DNA from: Tubulanus polymorphus
Lineage: Eukaryota > Animalia > Nemertea
Reading direction: 5' to 3'
NCBI RefSeq assembly: GCF_964204645.1
Contig: NC_134025.1
Span: 6,014,001 to 6,078,000, forward strand
DNA: 64,000 bases
In this document: positions 1 to 19,945 of the stretch, piece by piece
Layout: each line of letters starts with the position of its first letter
Position numbering within the stretch: position 1 is the first letter of the stretch
Notes under the pieces: generated by a model
What the model was told of the DNA's origin: nothing
Database searches by the model: none
What the model saw: the letters and a program-made list of their open reading frames with translations, nothing else
Made by a program: the position numbers and the translations under genes

Positions 1-2440
1 GATTATTCATCATTCATACTGTTATCACAGAATCCCGTCAATAGACAGATTTTCATTAAAAAAAACTCCTCGATGCAATTGACGGGAGATATATGAGGCA
101 TTTTTAATTACTTGAAGCCAGAAAATGAACGATCATGAAATGCGGCTTGAAGGTGAACTTTTTTGGGCGCGAAAAAATTGGACAAAACGAACGTAAAGTC
201 AAAGACACATGCTAACATTTAATATGATAGAAAACCATTCAATAAACATGTGAAGGGGCAACGGGTTGTTAATTTTCGGGTTTTAGGATCGCTAGCCCTG
301 TTACGTTAGAGATTGTACTGAATGTCTCAATGCGTCAATATTCCCTGATACGCTACAAAAGCGGTCGTCACCGTAATAACGACCTACATATGTATCTACG
401 GAGGTCAATCGCTGAGTGCTGGTACTTAAGTAATTAAAAACTAATTAAAAATTAAGTAATTTTAATTACTTTGAACTTTCAAGTCGTGGAGTCTCTTTTC
501 TCTCATGGACCCCTTTCGGTGAGGCCAGTGAACCCCGACCGCCACCACCCCGCCTACCGCCAGGCTTTCTCAATGTACTCCTCTATACAAATTCATAAAA
601 ATTAACCCCATGATATTTTGTGAATATTCTTTGTAAATATTCTGAAAATTATACAAAATCATTTTGTTATCCTTAATTCACGTATTTAAACTACCAGTGC
701 GACGCGGCCCGCGAGTATTGACGAAATACGTCCGTGACCATCATTTTCGTTGCCGCGATTTAGCCAATGCCCATGTGTCCCGGATGTAAACTACACTTTT
801 TGAGAAGGACGTATGGAATACCTCAAGGGCCATACGACTTATGAGTTACGTTTTACGAGTTACGATTTACGTTTTACGAGTTAATATGTCAAAGTCGAAA
901 CTTGGTGAAGCGCACAGCCAGAGTTTTATCGATTTAAATAGAGGCGAGTGCCCTTTCGGCAACTTATATAGAATTCTACGTTGTAAAAAACATAGGTTTT
1001 GCGGGGGGGCACGTGTTCGGTGTGGTCCGTGGCCAAAGAAAATCACCCAAAATGTCGAAGATCTATTCAAGCGAAGATTCGCCGTGATCAAATACATGTA
1101 TAGAAAAGGAATTCCTTTTTGCGAAAAAAAACATGCTTTGAGAGTGTTGATTACAAATTGATAAGCCTTGTTTGTTTTATCTTTCATACCAGAATAAATC
1201 TTTCTGTATCGTCAGATATCTTCTACGAACGGCTTTAACAGTTATGTTTTACACAAGAAATTTGTTTCCAAGTTCTACATTGTAAAGAATGTAGGTTTTG
1301 CTGAAGGAAGGCACCCGGTGGCGTGACCAAAAAAAATCACCCAACATATGATAGACTCGAGCGAATAAAGGGACCCGTGATTAAAGAAGAAAAAAAAAAT
1401 CATTTTCTGCGAAAAACAACGTGGGAGTTTGGGGATGTTGATTACATATTGAGAGCCTATTGTTTTATCGATTATACGAGAATAAATTTTTCTGTAGTTA
1501 AAAAACGTCAGATTTCTACATTAAATCTCATGGCTTCAATAGTTTTATACGTTTTACACTAAAGATTTGTTCCTAAGTATTACAACGGGTTGCATGGGTA
1601 CGGAATTAATGGAACAACGGTATTTTAAATACGGATTAATAGCGAATTTTACTCGAAACGGAAAAGGGGATAACGTTTGAAAAACGGGAGTAAAAAACAC
1701 ATAAAGATACGATATGTTAAAAAACGAACGGCATTTTACTCCCAAGGATTGGCAAAATTTTTAGTTAATTATTCAGTTCTTGTGTGTGGGGCGGGTCGGT
1801 CATTTTGTAACACGCGGACCGCGCGCGCGCGCGTTATTCTCCGGGACTCGACCCTTAGTGATGCTGTGAAACCGGCGCGCTTGTTATTCTAAAAAATTCG
1901 ACCCGTTGCTAAGGGACTGTGCTTTTTGTGGGATTCGAATCCAGTCTTCCAATCGGTTTCTACGGAGAAATACGAACTAAAAATAACATTTTTTGACAAT
2001 ATTTTGAGGATATTTTTGGTAAATATTCTGAAAATTACACAAAATCATTTTGTTATCCTACATTGACGTATTTAAACTACCCGCGCGTCGCGGCCCGCAA
2101 GTTTCGACGAAAGTTCGTCCGTGACCGTCATTTTCGTTGCCACGCTTTAGCCAATGCCCATGTGTCCCGGATGTAAACTACACTTTTTGAGAAGGACGGT
2201 ATGGAGAAATATAGAAAATTTGAATTTGCCTCCTACGCGCGATTAACTTTTAAGGAGCTTCCAGCTCGCGCCTTCGGCGCTCGCTGTGCGCTTATTAAAC
2301 CAGGCGGTGCCTAACACTTGTAACAAACGTCTCTGTGACACGTTAAAGCGAACGGCTCTAGATACAATGGGGGAAAGATTACTAAATTAGGTAAACGTAC
2401 CAACAATGATAAAGCCTCACGTCACCATTCACGTAATGTC

Positions 2441-4914
<2,474 letters not shown>

Positions 4915-5977
4915 TGCCACTATATTATATTATGTATTACATGAACGATATTTGTATACTGTACTTTGTACAAAGTTACAATAAACGAAATGAAATGAAA
5001 TGAGAAAAGGAATTCATTTTTGCGAAAAAAAACATGCTTTGGGAGTATTGATTACAAATTGAAAGCCTTGTTTGTTTTACGACAATAAATCTTCCTGTAT
5101 CGTCAGATATGTTCTACGAACGGCTTTAACAGTTTTATATGTTTTACACAAGAAATTTGAAGATTAAAAAAGCGAAAAACAACGTGGGAGTTTGGGAATT
5201 TTGATTACATATTGTGGAGCCTATTGTTTTATCGATTATACGAAAATAAATTTTTCTGTAGTTTAAAAACGTCAGATTTCTACATTAAATCTCATGGCTT
5301 CAATAGCTTGATGTTTTACACTAAAGATTTGTTCCTAAGTATTACAACGGGTTGCATGGGTACGGAATTAATGGAACAACGGTATTTTAAGTACGGATTA
5401 TAGCGAATTTTACTCGAAACGGAAAAGGGGAATAACGTTTGAAAAACGGGAGTAAAAAACACATAAAGGCTTTTCCTCCGGCTACCCGCTGTACAGTAAT
5501 TTTCTGGCCGTCTTCGTTTCTTTTTTGTTGCTTTCCGTTTCATATTTAAATGTGATCCAGTTTTAGTTGAAGCTATTCTATCAACTATGGTCGGAAGCAA
5601 AAGAAGGAGTAATATAAAGTTTAAGTGAAAAATTGTTGGGAGGTCCCCAAATGCAAAGGGTCCTTGCGGAGTCCGTATACAATCGTAGTAAATGGATATG
5701 ATTCCGGTTCGCAGTCCGTGTTTAGTATTTCACATGTCGCGCACGAAGGACGTGGACCCGGAAGTAAAACGGCTCCTGTCACCGTCGTAGCGACCGAGTC
5801 CGTTTGCGAATGATAATAAAGTGCCGCGTAATTTATGGACATGCCAGAGGCCCACCTCAGAAGTATGTATTTATCTTTCTCTTATATTATAGACGTACGT
5901 GGGAGTATTTTTCGGGTATGATTGCGGTTTAGGTGTCCCTAATGCTAATGGTTTGTACCTAACCTTACACCGTGTAA

Positions 5978-7756
5978 CACACCAGGGACTTGTCACAATT
6001 GATAGTGAATGAATAAAACCAATATCAATGACCAGGTCCACTATCCCTGTATAATATATAAACAAGGGTGGCAACAAATTGTCAATCTGACAATGACTTC
6101 TCCACTTCAATCGACTGTAATTCCAAAAATTCTCAACCGATTCACATGAAATAAGCTTTAATACAACCTACAAGACTTTCTGCTTCGAACAAGCCTTCAA
6201 CCACCACTCTCCGACAATTATCTCACAACGAAATCACCTTTTTTGACGAGAGATAGCTCAAAATGGAGGTCTACCGATTCTATGGTGGACAGCAAAATGG
6301 TCGTTTTTTTCACTTCAAACGATGATTTCTATGTGAGATCTTAGAGAAAACCCCAACAAACCATACATTTTTTTAAACTACGCGGTCATACCTGTACGCT
6401 AATCTCATTTATTTGTATAATCCACGCGCTCAAAATCGAACAAATGTACGAAAAAGTCACCTGAGCTCAGACCACTATTCCAAAATCTTCTATATCCTAT
6501 AGTAAAAACAAGAAATTCGAGAGTTTAGTTCATATATAAGGGCGTAAATTCAAGGGAAATCCTGCTTATGGCTCATAGGCCAGCATCTTAGCTACGCATT
6601 GAAGTGGTTTTCGCCCCACATACCCAACCTAACTTTTGAAATAATCAAACTTTTAGAAAGGAGGGGTATCCCAGTACAGGTATTCCAGTACATCCGAGCC
6701 AAATATCTAAGGGAATCCCCCACCGTGTTTGGTACCCTTACTCCAAGCAAAAAAGTCCAGGGAATCCCTTATTTCATCATCAAGCTGTCTCTCAGGATCA
6801 ATGGAATTCATACATATAACCGAAATTCGTTACCTATCCCATTTGCAGAAATTATGGCAACATTTATGGGGGACCTCTTCTTCACTCTAGGTACTATTTT
6901 TGGGGTCCGGCCCTACGCATCTTCGAGCTACTAACCTAATTGTGGTCTGATGCCACCTCGCACTATTGCGCTGGCGGCCATTAATCACGTGACGTGCATA
7001 GGTTCGGGCTATGTTAATAGAACCGCGACAAGTCTACGTCTGTAGACTTGAAAAAAGGAAATATTTGCTAATAATACCTCCCCTCAGACGAATGTTGCAC
7101 TATATCTTCATAATACGGATATTTTATTAATTAACAGAAATTTTAATAAATTTTGTAATGTTTTTCGAAATCTCTAAGCCAATCAATACGCGTGAAATAT
7201 TTAGCCCATTACTACGATATCACGTGATAAATGGCCGCCCAGTTGATGACAAGTTGAACGCCGTGTTCGTCCTCATTTTCGATTTTGAGCTTGTTAGCTC
7301 ACCCATCGCGTGGATTATACAAATAAATGAGATAGGCGTACAGGTATGACCTCATAGTTTTAAAAAATGTATGGTTTGTTGGGGTTTTCTCTAAGATCTC
7401 ACATAGAAATCATCGTTTTAAGTGAAAAAAACGACCATTTTGCTGTCCACCATAGAATCGGTAGACCTCCATTTTGAGCTATCTCTCGTCAAAAAAAGGT
7501 GATTTCGTTGTGAGATAATTGTCCTAGAGTGGTGGTTGAAGGCTCGTTCGAAGCAGAAAGTCTTCTTGGTTGTGTTAAAGCTTATTTCATGTGAATCGGT
7601 TAAGAATTTTGGGAATTACAGTCGATTGAAGTGGAGAAGTCATTGTCAGATTGAAAATTTGTTGTCACCCTTGTTATTTTATTATACAGTTGCAGGGATA
7701 CTGGTACCCCCATCATTGGTCTCATCCATTATCAGTCGTGACAAGTCCCTGTGGTG
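5978..7756. mobile_element. Non-autonomous DNA transposon with ~450-bp terminal inverted repeats (CMC superfamily/Chapaev3-like by termini)
   Basis: 5978-6428 is the reverse complement of ~7307-7756, near-identical over ~6050-6428. Ends read CACACCAGGGACTTGTCAC ... GTGACAAGTCCCTGTGGTG, with TAA on both flanks (5975-5977, 7757-7759). No transposase in the spacer. Superfamily assignment is inference. Confidence 0.8.
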
Positions 7757-9197
7757 TAACAACAGTAACACTTCTTATAACACTAGCGCCACCCAGTGGA
7801 TAGGTGACCCAAACTGCAGTTCGACCATTTTTCGTTTTGCTGCTGGGATTGGAGCCGAGACGAGAGAGTTGTCTAAAAAAGTAGTCCACGACGGCCACGC
7901 ACTGCTGCTGCATGTCCTTCCTGTCGTGTCCGAGTGTTCTGCAGTCCTCTGTATCTCTTGTTGGCGGAGGGTTGGGATCGGGTCCTCCTTATTATTGAGA
8001 TGACGTAATTTACCGAGATCAACGGAGATGACATGAAATATAGCATAGTTATTTATTCCTTATCGATTTTAACACTTGAAATCATGTTATATCAGTAATT
8101 GTAAGGTTGGGATCCATTTGGTAATCGTTGTGCCAAATTGAGGTTAATGTGCCTAATGTAGAATTTTTTCTGGGGCTTCTATTTTACTGTACTAGCTTTA
8201 CCTTGGCATGGGCCTTCAGGCCTAACCCAGTAAGCTACCCGTTCAATTTGTAGTCAATAAATCCTTAAGCATGTTTGTTTTGTAGAGAATGATTTTCTTT
8301 CATATATGATCAGGAATCTTGGCTCACAGAACAGTAAATTGTCTATTTGTTAATTTTTTTATATTTTGGGTTATTTTCTTTGTATGTTTCATGCCAAATA
8401 TTACAGGTGCCTTAAGCTATTTTTTTTTACATGTAAAATTTGAAATCATATTTTTTATTGGAACATTCAGTAGTTGTATTTAATATAACATTATACTTTT
8501 GTTCTGGTTTGGTTCAACATTTAGTTTATTAATGGTCTGCGTTTATTTTGTGATATTTTAAATGCTGACTGCGCTATCAAACTTGTTAATGTTTATATGC
8601 AAAAGATAGTTTGACAGGTTTTAATTAATTCTTATTCATTCCCAGCAAATATACCCATTATTACAATGACAGTTGATAATCGATCATGGTTTTGTTTGCT
8701 GCGCTTCTGTGGCATTTATAGTATACATACTCATTTCAATTAAGTAGTGCTATTCAGTAAGGCCCAATTTTCTAATATCAGATGAATTTCCTTTGTTTCT
8801 TAAAACATTATGAATTAAGCCTACTCAATATATCAACCAGTCATAGGCCTACATCAAAGTTAATATTCAGGCACATTGGAAGCAATTTTCGATTGGTGAA
8901 GCCAATTGCCGATTTTTGACAGGTTCTTATATTCATTGCAGTGAAATATTTTAATAGAAAAATGAATAAATACCCATGAAATTTAGGCAAAGGGCTAAAT
9001 ACATTCACTTTTCATCCGTTGTTGAAGAAGATTGGGCCAATTCTTTCAAAATTTAGCTAATGTGAGCCTACTTGGAGATATTTCGGGTATCCAGTAGGTG
9101 ACTTATATGTTAAATTCTGTCCATATCCCGGTACATGTATCTGTGGTTTGAATCTGATTTCATTCTTTTATTTAAGAAATAGCTGTATGACTCGCAA

Positions 9198-15292
<6,095 letters not shown>

Positions 15293-16234
15293 CAAAATGT
15301 ACCTTGAAATCAAATAGTTTCGAATGTTATTAAAGAATCAGCATCGTCCACTATTACCAGTATGTAACCAGCAGGATATAGTTGGGTTTGTGAACAGCGA
15401 TCATGATAAGTCATTGTACAAAATGTAGTTGAATTTTCCGATAGCCTGCAGTGGGGTTATCCTATGATTTTATCTCAAAGGTTCTTAAATCTGTTTTCTG
15501 TTACATGTAAGCCTACCTGGTTGCTGTTTTTTTTTAAATTTTTCTTGCTGTTGATTATTTATGTAATTCTATCACTGAAAATACGTATGCCCCGTTACAT
15601 CATGGACTTTAAAGTGTCCGTTTTACATACATTGATCGAGTGATTTCTTATTTAGTGTTTGAACTTGGTGTTAGGTGTTAATGTTGCGCTAAAAGTGTAA
15701 ATAAAATACTTGTGTTTAGTGTCATATGTAATTATGTGAAAAAGATTAATATACACCGGTACCGTATCATTATTATTATTATCAAAATAAATATCATTAT
15801 CAGATTAATTTACCATCAAAGTTTTATTTTTTATTTCACTTTCAAAGTCTATAGTGATATATATTACACTATTTATTAATCAAGTATATGAGTTGATTTA
15901 TTTATTGAACAATTGTAAAGTTGAATGACGAGTGAATGAAAATAAACTTCAGTATGATATAACTATATACTTTGTATCCAGTTCCGTGTTAGTAATATTG
16001 ACTAAGTGGATTCTCCGTTGAATTCTATCAGGCGACACTGTGTATAACACACGTCACTACATAGCAGCACTGCACTGTATTACCATTGAATTAACAGAAT
16101 AGTTCTATGGTATTACGCACAGTCTAGTACTGTAAACCTCAACTGATAACAAATAGAGATTGAATTGACTGTTCATTCAAACTATGAATATCTAAGTTCA
16201 AGTTCTGGACCGCACGTGTGCACTCAGTTACAAA

Positions 16235-19200
16235 ATGTCGAAGCATATATCAAGCTGTGGTTTGTGTAACTGGCAGAAATTAGTCTGCGCTGGGACGCGG
16301 ATTCAGATACTGAGGAATTTCGCTGTTAGAAGTGGCGATACACCTGATTTACCTGACTATAATACAGATGTAAATATTCATGAACATAAACTGAAGCGAC
16401 CGAAACCGGCGTCCGAGCGCCCATCCTGGAAAGGACTTCGGAATCTGGAGAAAAGGACTGAGGTAATTAAAACAAAATAACGCGAATGAGTAGTGGATAC
16501 AAATTAGATCTATTATTTACATTTCAGAAAATAAAGTATAAAAAGTACTAACTACAGTGGAACCTGTTAATACGAAAATCTTGCGGGCAAAACTGATAGT
16601 GATATTGTTGTAATTAACCGTTTCGTGTATTAACTAAAGTTGATATAACTTGAGTTGATATACATTTCATAGTGGGACACATCATGATAGAAATCATACA
16701 CGGGTTGCATACAGCTACGAGCAATTGTTCAGATAATTGCTCGTAGCATACAGAATCGTATTAACGAGGTTCGACTACCTCCAAGTGCTCACTCAGTCAG
16801 TGGCCTGAATGTATGGCGTTGGTATGCTTGTTTAATCGGATATTCCGCGGAGGTTCGTAAAATTCAAAGGTTACGGCAAAATCTATAGAATTTAAACATA
16901 AAAAGGCAGGGGTGGATCTAGACGGGAGCACGTGCTCCGGTCGCAAATTCTGAGTGCCCTTTTTGAAAAAAGTGCGAAAAAAATTTTCCACTATAAAGTT
17001 CATTATCACATTGTTTCCATATTAATAAATTCCCATCTCTTAAAGAATTGTTGCAGAATGTCATTTTTGTGTCTCAGGTGCCTGGAAATTGCATTAAAAT
17101 GGGTTGAAATTCAAAAATTTTCTAGCAGAGGTCCCCCAGACCCCCGCGAACGCTTCGCGCCTTCGGCGCTCGCCTGTCATAGATAGGCCTAGTGCCTTTT
17201 CTTATGAATTGCCCTTTTTTTCAATTCTGTGCTCCTGTCATTGCCTGCCTCTAGATCCGCCCTTGAAAGGCGGTCGTTGACGGCAAAATCAATCCATGTC
17301 ATATAGGGCCCGGTCCTACTTACCAGTGCTTTGACCTATTTTATCGAACCATTTCGTCGAAAATTGCTCGGGAAAATTGTTTGTCAGTCATTCGCAACGC
17401 TTTTTAATGCTTGCGAGCGATTATATTTCGTCGCCACGTGGAAACAAAGTTTCGTCAATTTGTTCGTCAATTCTTCACATTCCATTCGCCAAGCTGCATT
17501 GACGAATTGACGAAATTGACGAAATCGTATTTTGGCATTTTTTTGGCACACAGGGTCCCCAGGGGCGGTAGGTTGAAATATACGTGATTTAAACACGTTA
17601 CCGGGCGCGGGTCCGATGGTGATAAGGCTATAACGAGAGGTTACATGAGAATCTATACAATCAAAACATATATATGTAGACGTGCGTTGACTTCAAATTC
17701 GTTGCAAAATCAATCCATTGATTTTGATATTCTAGGGATCACTGATTCCGGATACTTTGAAAACCATTGAGGGTGATGAAGAATTCAAAACAACCCTTGA
17801 AAAGCTGAAGAAATTTGGCCAAAAGAAACTGACGCGTGAAGAACGCACTAGACGCCGGCGGGCACTGGATAAATTTGGAATTCCAAATTTCAATAGATTT
17901 TTACAGGAAAAGAAAAAAGAATTTGGAGTTGAAGGTAGGTTTCTAGATCGGTTGTCGGCATTTTTTTGTTATGAATCACGCTTTGAGCTACAAAAACGGG
18001 TCAAAGCATTATGGAGAACGGTGGTATCACCAGTGGCATCATATATACAAGGAATTATCTTTATGAATTCAGATGGCAAAACGCACCTGGGAAAGAACGC
18101 GATCAACGTATTGCAGTTGAATATAGGTGTATATTGTAACCAAGCATGCAATCATTGCCATGTCGAATCTTCGCCAAAACGTAAAGAGATGATGAACAGA
18201 GATGTAGCTGATAAATGCTTGGAGGTTTTATCTAAAAGTCCTCTCATTCAGACTGTGGATATAACTGGTAAATGTGTAGAATGCATAGCTTCAATTTCCT
18301 CCATGGACGTTAATGTGTTATTTTCTAATCTCATTTAGCGATCTAATTTTCCAATCAATCGCTGAATTCTGAATGTGAATTTTGAATAAATAGGGCACCA
18401 ATAGGGCCAATGACATTGAAAATGAGAATAGGTCTACGAATAGAAACATTTTTGAACGGTAGATCACGAAGATAGTTACAAAGTAAAGATTCCTCTGCGG
18501 AGATTCTATCACTTATCCATCTTTGACAGGAGGAGCCCCTGAATTGTGCTCGGAATTTCGCTATATAGCTAAGAAGGTGCGAGATATGAAACTACACTCG
18601 ATTGACAGATGCAATCTAACTGTACTCTCAGAACCTGGTAAGAGAACTTGAAATCGACTTTTCAAAGGAAAGCGGATTGTATCATTGAAACAATATTCGT
18701 TCTAATTTTCTAGGACAAGAAGATTTGGGCGAATTTTTGGCGGATAATGGCATCCATGTGATCGCTTCTTTGCCTTGTTATTCGTCCAAAAATGTTGATA
18801 TGCAACGAGGAAAAGGTGTATTTGACCGCAGTATCAGAGGCCTTTTACTACTGAACAGTATGGGGTATGGAAGGCCAGGTAGCGGCTTGCAATTGGACCT
18901 GGTTTACAACGCTGCGGGTAAGTGTTGAAAATCAATCCTTGTTCGAAATTTAGGCTAAATATTTGGAGTGGAGTTTCTTTTTCTCGAAGTTACGATTGAT
19001 AGTTACTCACGCGAGCGTAGGAATCTCCCATGACATCATTCATCTGGGAGGAAAGCGTATGACCGGTTGCGCTCGTCTACATACCGGTATATAATGGTTG
19101 TTTTTATTTACAGGTGCTTACTTGCCTCCGCCTCAAGAAGAGTTAGAAGCTCATTACAAAAAAGAACTTATGGGGACATTTGGAATCGAATTCAACAAGC

Positions 19201-19768
19201 TTTATACCATGACTAATATGCCAATAAAACGTTTTGCTGATTTCTTGCATAGACGGTACTGAGCGTAATTAAATGAAGAAGAGAATCACTCGCATCATTA
19301 TTTCAGATTGTAATATTTGAATAGGCGTAGAATCCTTTATTTCGTATATCTTTCTCATTTATTAGCAACGAATTGGAAGAATATATGAGCATTTTATTGC
19401 GCAATTTCAACATAAATACGATTGACAACTTAATGTGTGTAAATCACCTGAGTGTAAATTGGAATGGAACGTTATCAGATTGTGATTTCAATCAGCAGCT
19501 CGCCCTCGGAATCAAAGGTAAGGAAATATCTTTTCGAGTGGTGGTGTTCAGAAATCAAGTCTGTGCCAATATTTTTGAAAGGATTTCAATTGCCCGGCTA
19601 GTGTACGTGTTAATTGTGTATTTTTCAGACAAGAAAGATGGCAAAGACCTATCGATATTTGACATCGAATCCACGGAAGAACTGCACAATTACCCTGTTA
19701 TGTTGGATAACCACTGTTTCGGTTGTACTGCTGGGATGGGGTCCAGCTGACAGGGCGTTCTAGCATAA
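16235..19768 (+). CDS. Radical SAM / DUF3641 (ArsS-like, Cys-rich C-terminus) protein; predicted selenoprotein with Sec at TGA 19748-19750
   Basis: Eight exons with consistent phases: 16235-16462, 17736-17934, 18073-18267, 18530-18637, 18714-18917, 19114-19255, 19366-19517, 19629-19768. Motifs: LQLNIGVYCNQACNHCHVESSPKR (CxxxCxxC), VDITGGAPEL, IDRCNLTVL, ASLPCY, LDLVYN, TNMPIKRF, DCDFNQQL, HCFGCTAGMGSS-TGA-QGVLA-TAA. Family recognised from memory of these motifs. Confidence 0.9.
16553..16778. mobile_element. Tc1/mariner-type MITE remnant
   Basis: TA-CAGTGGAACCTGTTAATACGA ... TCGTATTAACGAGGTTCGACTA inverted ends in intron 1 of the radical SAM gene. Confidence 0.55.
16907..17265. mobile_element. 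MITE, CAGGG-end family, 5-bp TSD
   Basis: Ends CAGGGGTGGATCTAGA ... TCTAGATCCGCCCTTG; direct repeat AAAGG at 16902-16906 and 17266-17270. Confidence 0.78.
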
Positions 19769-19788
19769 AACCAAAAATGATTGTTCTA

Positions 19789-19864
19789 GATGGACTGTTG
19801 ATGACGTTCGTTCTCAAAATCTCACCTTCGAGAGGGGAATTCGAACCGATAACTTAAGTTCATC
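19789..19864 (+). promoter_or_regulatory. Eukaryotic SECIS element, form 2
   Basis: Helix I GAUGGACU (19789-19796)/AGUUCAUC (19857-19864), 8 bp. Core A-UGAC (19801-19805)/CGAU (19847-19850). Helix II GUUCG+UUCUC pairs with GGGAA+CGAAC around a UU bulge. Unpaired AAAA (19816-19819), apical mini-stem UCUC/GAGA. Lies between the TAA stop and AATAAA. Folded by hand. Confidence 0.9.
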
Positions 19865-19939
19865 ATTCATTACTCTTTATGTCCCTTATCTATGCCAGTG
19901 CAAATTGTGTTCAATTTCGAGCAATTTTGTTTTTTATTC

Positions 19940-19945
19940 AATAAA
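19940..19945 (+). terminator. Polyadenylation signal of the radical SAM gene
   Basis: AATAAA ~75 nt after the SECIS, followed by a GT-rich element (tttgtagtgtggttg). Confidence 0.65.

Noticed and set aside
5871-8003. Paired ORFs sharing KWRSHCQI.NLL (5871-6110 minus, 7536-8003 plus)
   Set aside because: The similarity comes from the transposon's inverted repeats; no transposase motifs.
15440-15461. Iron-responsive element in the NRAMP 3' UTR (hairpin GATAGCC-TGCAGTGG-GGTTATC containing CAGTG)
   Set aside because: No bulged C five pairs below the loop, the sixth loop base is G, and the CAGUGN loop is not closed by a pair, so it does not fit the IRE consensus.
19373-19750. ORF-track stop at TGA 19748-19750 as the true end of the radical SAM protein
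   Set aside because: The TGA occupies a conserved Cys position and is followed by a SECIS; TAA 19766-19768 is the likelier stop. The ORF also runs through an intron.
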